Origin: Eledone cirrhosa
Lineage: Eukaryota
DNA length: 64,000 nucleotides
Assembly (NCBI GenBank): GCA_964016885.1
Contig: OZ024750.1
Location: 1,860,001 to 1,924,000 of the forward strand
Direction: 5' to 3'
Shown here: piece after piece, positions 11,439 through 24,499 of the stretch
Numbering within the stretch: the first letter of the stretch is position 1
Layout of the letters: every line of letters starts with the position of its first letter
Made by a program: the position numbers and the translations under genes
The notes under the pieces: generated by a model
The model's database searches: none
What the model was told of the DNA's origin: nothing
The model's input: the letters and a program-made list of their open reading frames with translations, nothing else

Positions 11439-14075
11439 CATACACATATACACACACACACTCACACACACATATACACACACACATACATTAATAACAA
11501 TAATAATAATAATAATAATAACAACAATAATAATAACGACAACAACAATAATAATATACATATACATATATATATACACACACACGCACACACATAAGCA
11601 TATCTACACACACACACACACGATAGCAACTAGCAGCGCTGCGATCGAATGTGGCTTTTTAGCCCAGCCAATGATCTAAAATGTCTTGCACAGAGTCGGC
11701 AACCAAAACATTCACTGGGAATAGTCGGCTGTGGTTGGAGTTCGTGTACTTTTGCATGTCGCTTGAGCCCTCCTGCTGATTTACATTCTCTACCACATGT
11801 TTGGCAAGCATGATGAGTAGCATCTCCAACAGCAGCCTGGTAGTCAACCACTGGTCTTACTTTATGACTGCGAAGATGACTTTCGAGTCCAGCTTTGCTT
11901 AGGCAGAGTCTCGCACAGACGCTGCATGTCAGAACCATAGGAGGACCCTCGCCATCTGGAAGTGCAACAGCAAGGCCCTTCCTCACGTCCCGCTTTACTT
12001 TCTCGTGTGCGATTCGAGATGCCTCAAAGGCAACTTTTCCCTCATATACAGTCTTTCTCCATTTATTACGATCAGCAGCAATATTTTCCCATGTATCAGC
12101 AGAGATGTTAGCGTCTTTCAGAGAGGCTTTCAAGGAATCCTTATACCTCTTTTTTGGTTTATGTGGTGGTCGTTTTCCTTTAACCAACTCTCCATAGAAG
12201 AGTTGTTTTGGTATTCTAGAATCCTTCATCCTGGCCACGTGACCACTCCAACGGAGTCGTTGCTTAAGCACAAGAGCTTCTATACTGTCACACATAGAGC
12301 TTTCCAAAATCTCGACATCACTGATGTGGTCCCTCCAGTGAACGCCATGGATCCGTCTGAGACACATCTGATGGAAACGCTCCAATTGCTTAAGGTGGCG
12401 TCGATATGTGACCCAGGTCTCGCAGGCATAAAGAAGACAAGAGAGTACACATGCCCTGTACACCTTTACCTTTGTCCTCCTGCATATGTCTCGCCGACCC
12501 CAGAGTCGCCTTTCTAGCTTTCCGAAAGCATCACTTGCTTTCCTAATCCTAAGTGAGATTTCACTGTCAAGGTTGCCGTATCGATTGACAGTGCTTCCCA
12601 GGTAGACAAACTGATCAACCACTCCAAGTCGTTTGCCATACACATAGATGTTTGGTTCAGTGTACTGCTTACTAGGGGCAGGTTGGTACATGACGACGGT
12701 TTTCTTGAGACTGACAGTCAAACCCAGGGCAGTGCAAGCGTCAGAAAATACATTCAAAATGTGCTGCATATCACTCTCTGTGTGCGCTACAAGATCGCAA
12801 TCATCTGCATACAAGAGGTCTCTTATGACTGATGTAAATACTTTTGTATTCGCAGCAAAGCGCCTGATGTTAAATATGCTGCCTGAGGTTCGATATCGGA
12901 TGTAAACACCATGCTCGCAATTCCTGAATGCAATACAGAAAACCATTGCAAAGTATATGGCAAACAGGGTCGGTGCTGGAATATCCCCCTGTTTCACTCC
13001 ATTTTTTACTGAGATAGGCTCCGACATGTTACCTCCGACATTAACCCAAGCCTTCATGTCGTCATGGAAAGACCTAACCAAAGCAAGGAACTTATCAGGG
13101 CAACCAAGTTTCTGGAGAACCTTCCATAATGCATCTCTGTTGACAGTATCGAAAGCCTTTGTCAGATCGACAAAAACCTGATACAGATCCAAGCCCTGTT
13201 CAATGCACTTCTCCTGGAGCTGTCTAGCTGAGAAGATCATATCAGTAGTGCCGCGTCCAGCACGAAAACCAGATTGACTTTCAGGAAGGACACAATCTGC
13301 AATGTGTGTCAGAAGACGGTCCAGAAGCACCCTACATAAAACTTTCCCTACGACAGAAAGCAATGATATACCTCTGTAGTTCCCACAATCATTCCTGTTA
13401 CCCTTTCCCTTGTACAAGACCACCATTACTGCATCTCTCCAGTCCTCAGGCACGGATTCATTAGCCCATATCCTTCCAAACAGAGAGTGAAGATGTTGCA
13501 GGAGTCTCTCACCATCATATTGTAGGAGCTCAGCATGTATGCCATCCATACCTGGAGATCTTCCACTGTTCAGCTTCGAAATAGCCACTGCAACCTCCAC
13601 AAGCGTCGGAGGTTCTGCGAGAGCTACTTTCACAGGACTTTCCGGAATGAGATTGAGGAAATCTTCACTGACGACAGACGGCTGATTCAAAAGATCATCA
13701 AAGTGCTCTCGCCACCTTCGTAGAATTCCCTGTGAGTCACGAAGAAGTTCTTTGCCATCCTTGCTGCGAATCGGTGTCACCAGAGAAGAAGACGGTCCAT
13801 AAACCTCACGCAAGAGACTGTACAACAGCTTTGTGTTATTGCAATCAGACGCAGTTTGTATCTCACCAGCCTTCTCACTCCACCACTGATCCTTCATCTG
13901 AGAAAGACTCCGCCTAACACGTGATTTTACAACCCTGAGCTCCTCATGCAACGTATTCCTCTCCTGTGGTTTTGCCGTCAAGTAGCGTGACAGAGCACGC
14001 CTCTTATCAGCCAACAAGTCTTCTATATGTACAAGAAACCTTGGTAGGGTTGCCAGTTTAGTCGCCAACGACCCG
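11253..14075 (-). mobile_element. RTE-clade LINE lacking the APE endonuclease region; RT and C-terminus intact
   Basis: ORF to stop at 11630 with YRGISLL, FVDLTKAFD, KQGD, LLYADD, RLRWSGHVARM...KQLFYGEL. 3' terminal stem-loop GCAATGGCCATACTCGATAACGAG..GCAGCCATCAT followed by (GTAT)n; (TACA)n on the 5' side. Confidence 0.95.
11630..14075 (-). CDS. RTE reverse transcriptase with three C-terminal C2H2-type zinc fingers (partial; no true start codon)
   Basis: About 814 uninterrupted codons. Fingers CSVC..HLRSH, CQTC..HAKVH, CRLC..HIRSQRC. The listed MYVC N-terminus is microsatellite. Confidence 0.9.
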
Positions 14076-14161
14076 ACATACATACATACATACATACATA
14101 CATACATACATACATACATACATACATACATACATACATACATACATACATACATACATAC

Positions 14162-14280
14162 AAGTGCCTCGTTGTCGAAGTGTCAGTCCCAACAAACGAT
14201 AATATATCTCTCAACGAAATGGAGAAATCATTTAAATATAAAGACATAGAAGTAGAAATAACCTGAATGCAAGGACTGGA
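14162..14280 (+). mobile_element. Degenerate R4/Dong-like RLE domain fragment
   Basis: KCLVVEVSVPTNDNISLNEMEKSFKYKDIEVEIT*M immediately after (TACA)n. Confidence 0.7.
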
Positions 14281-14488
14281 ATAGAAATTTCTTTATTTTT
14301 ATGTTATTAGTTTGCTCTGGAGAACGTGGCTCTTAATATGTCTATTCTTCTTGTAAAGTTATATTTTGAAGATTATAAAAAAACATTTGCTGGGTGGGAA
14401 TTACAGAGAATCATCGGAGGATTTACTATTGTGCATAACATAGAGAAAATTACACTAACACAACACACACTCAAACACACACACACAA

Positions 14489-14521
<33 letters not shown>

Positions 14522-14755
14522 TACACGTGCACACACACACGCACACACACACAAGTACACGTGCACACACATACGCGTACATACACACACACAAACACAT
14601 ACACATACACGTACACACACGCGCACACAAACACACAGACATACACACACAAACACACATACATATACTCAAAACACACATACACACATTACGTCGAGCA
14701 CATCAGAATACAAAACCAGAACAAAATACATTATAAAACCAAGGAGTAGAGAATA

Positions 14756-15365
14756 CTCTCGGGTCGCAAATCATAGGGGCAGTTGGAATAAGCGAGTGTT
14801 GGAATAAGTGAGTGATGGAATAAGTAGGCTGTTAGAATAAGCGGGGTGTTGGAATAAGTAGTGTTGGAATAAGTAGGGTGTTAGAATAAGTGGGGTGTTG
14901 GAATAAGCGAGTGTTGGAATAAGCGAGTGGTGGAATAAGCGGGGTGTTGGAATAAGTGGGGTGTTGGAATAAGTGGGGTGTTGGAATAAGTAGGGTGTTG
15001 GAATAAGTGGGGTGTTGGAATAAGTAGGGTGTTGGAATAAGCGGCGTGTGTGGAAAATTCAGTAATTTTTCTCTGTTATCTACGGTGACTTTTTTAAAAA
15101 CCAGAATCAGTCGTTTAGTTTACATATTGAGACATCAACCCATCCTATTTATTTTATAACATGGGATTTCTAGTAATATTCTTTTTTTTTTTGTTATGTA
15201 TAATGTTTTCTTAATGTCTAAAAAAAATTGTCGCAGGAATGTTTACTATTTAAAATAAAATTTCGACGGAGATAGATTCCGAATTTAGGAAGCGAGGGGT
15301 GGAATAAGAGCGGGGTTGGAAGAAAATCTGAAAAGTTTGGTGGTTTATTATTCGAGACCCGAGGG
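14756..15365. mobile_element. Tc1/mariner-pogo-type MITE with internal GTGTTGGAATAAG minisatellite; relatives at 43133-43336 and ~17410-17477
   Basis: TA|CTCTCGGGTC...GACCCGAGGG|TA terminal inverted repeats; ~16-18-bp tandem units at 14780-15045. Confidence 0.7.
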
Positions 15366-15446
15366 TACTTTCGGTCGTGCAGGGGAAAAGCAAGCAATAA
15401 ATAAAATAAGACAAAGGAAAAAAATTATACAACTGATAATAATTGA

Positions 15447-15985
15447 TTCTTATATAAGCACAAGGCCAGCAATTTTGGGAAGGGGAAAATCGATTAAATC
15501 TACCCCTGTGCATTACTGGTACTTTATTTTACCGAACCTCGTTATGATGAAAGGTAAAGCTGACGTCGGCGGGATTTGAACCCTGACCGTAAAGGGCCAT
15601 AACTCTATGCTGCGAAGCATGGTGTCTGACGCTCTACCGATTCTGCCAATCGACTGCCTTTATACTACTGAAAATAATAATTGTTTCTACTTTTGGCACA
15701 AGGCCAGTAATTATCCCAGTGCATTACTGGTACTTTATTTTATCGACGCCGTAAAATAAAGTACCAGTAATGCACTGGGATCGATTTAATCGACTCCCTC
15801 CACCCCCCGACCCCAAATAAATTGCTGGCCTTGTGCCTAAAGTAGAAACAAGTATTCTATGTAGATCGAGGTTATCTTTGTCTTTCGTCCTTACGGAGTC
15901 GATAAAATAAAGTACCAGTAATGTACTGGGGCCGATTTAATCGACTTTCTCCTCCCCAAATTGCTGGTCTTGTGCCTAATAATAA
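15447..15985. mobile_element. Cluster of four SINE family 1 copies or fragments in both orientations
   Basis: Minus 15447-15660 and 15677-15750; plus 15752-15855 and 15865-15985. Confidence 0.85.
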
Positions 15986-16086
15986 TACATATGATGTGGC
16001 TAAATATTCGGTATTTTAAAACTAAGGGCTGATCAACTGAAACCACTCACCTCAATTGTTGTCACACTCCTTCGTGGTTCACCGAC

Positions 16087-16235
16087 AGAGTTCGCTAGTC
16101 TCTGGTCTTTGTCTCTCTCCCAAATATTACTTCTAGAGAGTTCGCTAGTCTCTGGTCTTTGTCTCTCTCCCAAATATTACTTCTAGAGAGTTCGCTAGTC
16201 TCTGGTCTTTGTCTCTCTCCCAAATATTACTTCTA
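16087..16235. repeat. 50-bp tandem repeat x3
   Basis: ttcgctagtc recurs at 16091, 16141 and 16191. Confidence 0.95.
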
Positions 16236-16351
16236 CTTTCTTACAACATCTAAATTATTTTTACTGTTAATACTGTGACAGCTGTTTATTAACTGCCCAC
16301 AACTGTAATATATAACTAGCATTCATAAAATTTGTTGCGTCAGCAACACAA

Positions 16352-16800
<449 letters not shown>

Positions 16801-17111
16801 TGTATGGGTGATGAGGGGAACATGTTGGTTAGGAAGCTAGACTAAGCTTGTTATATGTAACATGTTGTGAAGTTAATAACTTTTCTATTGCACTCTTCAA
16901 TCTCCCCCACCCCTTACATATTTCATTATATTTTCACACGCAAACGTACACACTTATATACACACAGTCAGTTATGCATACACAAACACACACCCATACA
17001 CAAACACAAACACACACACTATATATATAAGTTTATCCCGGGTTCAATCGGGGGTAACCACAGTAAGTAAGGTACTCAATACAAAGCAGAGTATAAATAT
17101 TTAATATAGAA

Positions 17112-17156
17112 GGCTTCTACAGGACTAGAACTGTTTCATTCGGCAGAACTCATCAG
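17112..17156 (-). ncRNA. Hammerhead core lacking the 5' arm of stem I (SINE junction)
   Basis: CTGATGA-GTTC(TGCC)GAAT-GAAA-CAG(TTCTAGTC)CTG-TA-GAAGCC. Confidence 0.55.
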
Positions 17157-17349
17157 GGCGGTGGATTGGCAGTACCGGTAGAGGTTCGGACGCCATGCTT
17201 TGAAGCATAGAGTTACGGCGCTTTATGATCTGAGTTCAAAGTCCGCCGAGGTTAACTTTGCCTTTCATCTGTACAGGGTCGATAAAATAAAGTACCAGTA
17301 ATACACTGGGATAATTGCTGGCCTTGTGCCAAAAGTAGAAACAATTATA
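17157..17349 (+). mobile_element. SINE family 1, full length
   Basis: Complete head, core and tail; abuts a hammerhead core. Confidence 0.9.
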
Positions 17350-17910
17350 AGACATTATATATGACATTATATATGACAAAAGCAGAACATTACAAGAAAT
17401 CCCATATTTACGAACGTACACTGAACAGTTACCTCCCCATTATTCCCACCGCTCCTATCATTTCGGACCCGAGAGTGCCACCAAATTTTACTCTGTATCT
17501 ACTAAAACCAAACTATACCCCTCTCTATATCTACCACGACACTGCCTCTTTTATTCCTCTCTCTATATCTAACACTAATACACTCTCTCACTCTCTATAA
17601 ATATCTACACCTATCTCTCCCAATCCCCCTCTGTATATCAATCACCCCTAAACTCTCCCAACACCCTTCACTATATTAATTACCACCAAACTATCCCCCT
17701 CTCTATATCTACCACACAACACTCTCTCTCTGATTCCCTCTCACTCTATCCATCACTACCAAACTCTCCCCCTCTCTATATCAATTAACGCCAAACTCTC
17801 CCCCTTTATATTTACTACACGGAGCTCTCTTCAAATTCCTCGAATTTCTTCAACATGGGCCCCATTCAATTTCACGCCATATAAAAGACTTTACACTCAC
17901 CCTGTGTGTG

Positions 17911-18115
<205 letters not shown>

Positions 18116-18216
18116 TATTAAGAGACGTGAGAATTAGTAGTCAGTAACGAAGTTGATTTTTAAGATTATTCATCACGGCTAACAAGGAACATTGTTAACA
18201 AGGAACATGACATATC

Positions 18217-18416
18217 ATACTGGGGACGATTTTATCGACTTTCCCCGCACCCATAATTGCTGGCCTTGTTCCTAAATTAGAAAGAATTATTATTGTTATT
18301 ATTATTATTTAATAGTTCAAATTTGCCTTTCATTTTTACGGGGTCGATAAAATAAAGTACCAGTAATGCACTGGGTAATTGCTGGCCTTGTGCCAAAAGT
18401 AGAAACAATTATTATT
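18217..18416 (+). mobile_element. Two SINE family 1 3' fragments
   Basis: Core and tail motifs; the first is shared with the paralogous site 29332-29410. Confidence 0.75.
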
Positions 18417-18699
18417 TAATAGTTTCGTTATAAATATTTATTCAATAAATACATATTTTTATACACATTTATAAAATTCCTTTCTTTATAATCTGTCTGG
18501 AACACATCACCCATATGTTTTATATGGTTTTGTTTCTTTTATCCTCGCCCTCAATAGTTTTAGCGTTTCATGTATTTGTCTGTGCGTACAAAATTGGATT
18601 TAATTGTCCTCCGTGGTTATATGATGTCTGTTCATTCTATGATGTTTGTAGCGATAAGATGCTCGTTTATTTTCAAGCGAAACTCTCAACTTAAGTATG

Positions 18700-19894
18700 T
18701 TAGTGTGAGCCAGCTTTTTCTAGTTTTTTATTCTCCATATCATACTCTTCTTTATAACATCCCCAAATATAAATTAATATGTCTCCAGCAACCAAATCTG
18801 AAGAATTCTTTGCTATAGAGCGTAAGACGAAAAACCCATCGTCTCGAAGATATTCCTTCGTAAACTTTTGGCATAGTATTTTATCTTGTTTTTGGAAGGA
18901 ACCAGCCCACTTAATGTATTTAGTGACATAATCAATATGAGCTTTGGAGGAAAGTAACCGATAGATCCAGAAAAGGAAATTAATGCACGAACAAGCAGCA
19001 ACAAATACAAACCAAAACCACAAAAATATGAAAATTTTTTCATTGAATAAATTAATAGGTAAAACACATTGGACGGTATATCTATGAATGTTTTGTAATT
19101 GACGGATTTGCAGATCACACAGTGTTACTCTGGGAAATTGTGGGCTTTCCTGCCAGACTGTATTACTGGCTAAAGATGTTAACACTTCAATGCCGTAAAA
19201 TGTATAATCAGTTGCCATAAATGCGTTCAGAAGGAAAAATTGACCTATCACATTGGCCACGTAGAGCATTTTGACAAAAACATAGAGACCAATGAGGAAA
19301 GTACCTTGGCGACGGGAACACAAAAAACAACACATTATTGATGCTTTTCGTCGTAGCTTAACAAAAGCATTTTCTTTATATCCACGATATGCTTCAAGCC
19401 AGCGCATGAGGAAATGAGCAATGTTTTTAATAGTTTTTTCGCGGTCATCTGGGGAACCTAATTGAGTGTCTTCTGCCATTGAAACAATTTTATCAAGATT
19501 TATTCCGGATAATTGATGTGATGTCGTCCAAATAATATTCGGAAATTTAAACAGGAACGCTTGAAATAATAACATAATTGGTACCCACTGGTAGTAAGTT
19601 ATTTGTCTATTCTCTCGTTCGCTAATTTCAACTGGTATCACATCTGTCATCGGTGTGTAATATGTGTTAGAAATCCAGCAGTAAGACTTGGTGTAGTCGA
19701 CAAAGGCATCTGTAAACTGGGCCGGACACCAACAGTGGATAGCTTCCCCAATATACTGACCTGTACTAATTATAACCGCAAAGATGAACAAAAATACGAC
19801 AGTGTAAAGATGGTTCAGACGATCAAACCAGTCGTCGTTTATGCTACTTCGACCTCGAGTGTAACCTCCAAAGTTTTCAATCAGTGTGCTGATC
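18700..19894 (-). CDS. Innexin A (gap-junction channel protein), exon 2
   Basis: ctaattag|G ATC AGC..: ISTLIENFGGYTRGRSSINDDWFDRLNH...CWCP...YCW...YYQWVP...FPRVTLC...VQCVLPINLFNEKIFIFLWFW. Four TM segments and 2+2 extracellular Cys; about 411 aa with exon 1. Confidence 0.96.
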
Positions 19895-20109
19895 CTAATT
19901 AGAAAAGAGAAAATAAAGGAAAAAAATTATTAGAAATCTGAATGATTTAATAAGACTTGCAATCAATTTGTTCAATTTGATAAACAATATAAGTTTATTA
20001 AACAAAAGAGAACACAAATAAAAACTGTAGAGTATAAATGGCAAGAAACAAAAAAGAAAGAGTTCGAAGAGAAGAAAAAGGAAAAGAAAAAAGAAATAAG
20101 CAGCGAAGA

Positions 20110-20600
20110 GAGAGAGGGGGGGGGACAGAATCTCCACCTAAGTCTGAACGGTGTGTTTCAGGTAAACTGTCTGTATGCGAATGAATCCATGTATATATAT
20201 TCCGTACTTGGACCCCGTAAAGCCGAGCTCCTCTGCAAGATCGAAACGTCGGTGGCCCGTCTGAGGAGGGAGCCCCGCGAGTTTGGGTGGCTGTTGCAGC
20301 GGGTGTCACTGGCCATTGTCCGGGGGAATGCTTTTTGCGGTCTTGTCCGCGGGGCACAGCCCTTCTGCCCCAATAAACTAGTCCCAAAATCCAATTACTC
20401 TCGCTCTTCAACCCTCCCCCCACTTCTGTGACACCAAAGTTCTTGCCATCCCCTCCTCTTCCAGTTCTTTTTTTTCTTCCTTTTCTCTTTTTCTCTATAT
20501 TTTCCTATTCTTTTTTTTCTATTGTTTCCTTTTCTTTTTTATTATTGCTGTTATTATTGCTGTCGTTATTATTGCTGTTATTATTGCTGTCGTTATTATG
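20110..20600 (+). mobile_element. CRE-like retrotransposon fragment in the innexin A intron (absent from paralog B)
   Basis: VLGPRKAELLCKIETSVARLRREPREFGWLLQRVSLAIVRGNAF; it interrupts the A/B intron alignment. Confidence 0.7.
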
Positions 20601-20869
20601 TATTTGTGTGTGTCATGTCAGCCACTGACCAAACATTTCTCTACTATAATTCACATCCACAGTCGTGTATTTTATATTTTAATGTATACAAAAATTAAAT
20701 GAAAACATACACACGCCTCCTCCTCTTCTTCAGCTACTCAATACACACATAGCTACTCAGATATTGAACATAAAAGAACAGGAGAGACATGGAAAAGGGA
20801 GTAGAAATAATTGCTTAATAGAAAAATATGTAAATGTGGGTAAAGAAATTTAGAGAGAGAGAGAGAGAG

Positions 20870-20946
<77 letters not shown>

Positions 20947-21469
20947 AGAGAGGATAGGAGGCAGTAATAGACAGACAATGTTACCGAGAGATGAAAGGAG
21001 AGAGGTTTTTATTGTGAATTTGCTATGTTGTGTTTGTAAGGTTGTCGATGTTTCATTTGGTAATTCGTTGTTCGCTGTTTCGTTGCTTTGAATATTTCCG
21101 TGTTTGATCAATTTCTGATATCTTCGTTTCCTGGCGAATGTTCAGGTGTTTTATATGGCGTTTATTCAGTTGTTTTGCTAGGTTTTTATTGGTTTGAGCC
21201 ATAAATTGCTTCTTTTAAAGTTATCTCCTGATTTGTTATGTGTGTTTAAATGTGTATGTGGTTGTATGTATGTATTTGTGTATGTGTGTGTGTGTGTACG
21301 TATACGGATATTTGTATGTGTATGTTTGGTTAGCATATGAACTTTTCAGCCGACCCTTGGATGTAGACACTGCCTACATTATCTACCTTCCTGTTCGGGG
21401 TACCCGCCTACCTACCATATATGTATGTATGCGGGGTTTATATGCTTTTACTAGTTTATAGATTTTGAC

Positions 21470-21545
21470 CCAGAAAGAGAGTTAGAACCGGTTTCTAGCG
21501 TAGAACAACACTATTTCATTGGAATTTAGACATGTGTATGTCTGT
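21470..21545 (-). mobile_element. Relic 3'UTR related to the 10708-11200 element
   Basis: agagagttagaaccggtttctagc...ttcattggaattt resembles the reverse complement of 11113-11162. Confidence 0.45.
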
Positions 21546-21629
21546 ATGTATTTGTGTATATGTGTATTTAAAATACAGGAAAAGAATGACTTCACTTGTA
21601 GTTCTAAACAATTTGATTTAATTTTATAA

Positions 21630-21680
21630 TATTATAAGATTATGAGTTGGTCGATCTACCAACTCATAATCTTATAATAG
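21630..21680. repeat. 22-bp-arm hairpin
   Basis: tattataagattatgagttggt-cgatct-accaactcataatcttataata. Confidence 0.8.
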
Positions 21681-21722
21681 TTTTTCAAACATGCCTAACT
21701 GTACCGAGGATTTCACACATTC

Positions 21723-21796
<74 letters not shown>

Positions 21797-22141
21797 TATA
21801 TATATATACATATATGTGTGTGTGTGCGTGTGTGTGTATGTATATATATATATATACACACATATATATATATGTATATATATATATACATATATATACA
21901 TATATATATACCTACATATATATATATATACATATATACATATATATATATATACATATATATGTATATATATAGAGAGAGAGGGAGCGTGGTAGAACAC
22001 TGGAAGGTAATATCCGTAGTGGTAGAGCACTCAGTCATGGGACGTGTTTGGTAGAAGTAGTAACACAACAGTGAGTTCACCATACCGAGAAGAATATACC
22101 ACATGCTTCGAAGATGCGAAAAGAAGAAGAAGCTCTGAGTC

Positions 22142-22179
22142 CGAGCTGAAGATCCGCTAACGTGAAACAATTATTCTCG
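22142..22179 (+). ncRNA. Degenerate hammerhead motif within an inverted repeat (22052-22091/22174-22213)
   Basis: CGAG-CTGAAGA-TCCGCTAACGT-GAAA-CAATTA-TT-CTCG; stem II is weak. Confidence 0.45.
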
Positions 22180-22538
22180 ATATGGTGAACTAACTGTTGT
22201 GTTACTACTTCTATGTATATATATATGTATTGTGGGTGGTAATTCTCTATCGAGTGCGTGTGGGATGATATGTTAACCGTGTATAATTTAGATCATCTAT
22301 GGGTGTGCGCTATTAAAAAGTAGTTGTGTCATTTCTTATTGTAACAGGCTCAAAAGCTCCGAAATACATTAACATTTTTTTCACATGTTTGTGAACAAAC
22401 CATTGAACTGGTTTCTTTCTCTATTGTTTATAGGGCGATAGCTGTGAAGTAGTCATCCACAAACTATTTAACATAACATCCTCACGCTCAAATGCACACA
22501 CACAAACACACACACACACACACACAGATATATATATA

Positions 22539-22628
<90 letters not shown>

Positions 22629-22841
22629 AACCAGTAAGACCCCGACAGCTGAGCTCAAGCCGTTTCGACGGCTAATTCTGGACAGAATTTCGACGGCTAA
22701 TTCTAGTCCAGAATTAGCCGTCGAAACGGCTTGAGCTCAGCTGTCGGGGTCTTACTGGTTCCTATTACCCACTCTACTACCCCAAGTATTGAGTACTTTG
22801 GTGCGTTATGGTCCACCTGGTTCCTTACCACATTTCCTTCG

Positions 22842-22893
<52 letters not shown>

Positions 22894-23044
22894 ATTGCTT
22901 TTATTGCTTTTATTGATTTATTAGTTTAGATCGAGACAGGCAATCTATATTTTTATTTGAATTAGTTTATTTCATTCTAGCTAACTTCGTCTTTTACAAT
23001 ACAAACACTTTTGTGTTTATCATATATTAATTTATATTAACTTG

Positions 23045-23079
<35 letters not shown>

Positions 23080-23120
23080 CGAAAGATAAGTCAATTGCAT
23101 GAACTCATAATCCTTTATTT

Positions 23121-23184
23121 ACTGCTATATATATATATATATTTCGATGATAGCCATTGAATGGCTATGACCTCATCAGGCAGT
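23121..23184 (-). ncRNA. Complete type I hammerhead motif with a (UA)n stem III
   Basis: ACTGC-CTGATGA-GGTCATAGCCATTCAATGGCTATCATC-GAAA-(TA)7-TA-GCAGT. Confidence 0.75.
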
Positions 23185-23242
23185 TAGTCAGTTCTTAGAT
23201 ATGCCAGCTCTGTGTTTATGGTGTTGATGGTATCAGAGCTTT

Positions 23243-23411
<169 letters not shown>

Positions 23412-24066
23412 TATATGAATCAAAGTTCTGTTCAAATCATTTATTCGCTTACAATTGTTTCTTCCAAACCGAGGTTTGACATCTTCGGAGCAATTTTTTA
23501 ATGATTGTTTACATACATGACCTCCTTTCCAACACAAGAGACATACCCATGGGTCGGGATTTAGTGATTTAGTATGTATATTACCATTTCTAACTTTAAT
23601 TTTTACCTAATTATGTATGGTTGACCGTTTATTTAATTAATTTCCACGTGCTGTTGAAATGTTGGGTAAATATTCTATAGCGGGTGGACGTGAAGACGCT
23701 GCTGTGGCGTATTTACTGTTTCTTCATAGGTGCCTTTTATTCTTATAGCCTGGTCTAATTGATTTTTTGTGTGGTTAATTATGCTGATTGGGAGTAGAGA
23801 TGATGTATATATATTATTAAATAATTCTCTGGACATGCTTTACTCTATAGTATATATATATAACGAAGAAAGTGTGGTAAGGAACCAGGTGGACCATAAC
23901 GCACCAGAGTACTCAATACTTTGGGTAGTAGAGTGGGTAATAGGAAAAGTTTCAGAAATAGACCAGAAATAGCCGTCGAAACGGCTTGAGCTCTGCCGTC
24001 GGGGTCCTGAAGCTTTTCCTATATATATATATATACACGTTTGCTATATATATATATATATATATT

Positions 24067-24107
<41 letters not shown>

Positions 24108-24110
<3 letters not shown>

Positions 24111-24352
24111 GACTACTTATCGCAAATCCCAGGAAACCCGCGTATAGGAGAAATACAAAAGATAGTACTAATGGGAACTGCCCATATACTAAGGAAGATC
24201 CTGTCAATATAAGTACATCACAAGTCTAAACACTAAGGATGCATGTGTGAATATGTGTGTTCTTTCTTGAACATGGCGGACCTTGTTGTCTCTTGAGGTC
24301 ACTGGTTGTGACTTGGTGATATCTCGTATGAACATAAAGCAAGATAAATGCA

Positions 24353-24400
<48 letters not shown>
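24108..24400 (+). mobile_element. 5'-truncated R4/Dong-like retrotransposon end in (TAA)n
   Basis: DYLSQIPGNPRIGEIQKIVLMGTAHILRKILSI* then 3'UTR; (TAA)n on both sides. Confidence 0.8.
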
Positions 24401-24402
<2 letters not shown>

Positions 24403-24499
24403 ATATCTGAGGCTGCAGGTAGTGGCTTGATATTCATTTCAACAAACTTTCCAGTTAACTAACATCAATGACTGAGACTCAAAGAATAATAATAATAAT

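Noticed and set aside
11895-13917. Plus-strand ORFs overlapping the RTE and alternative-frame ORFs over the innexins
   Set aside because: Antisense or shifted-frame shadows of real coding sequence.
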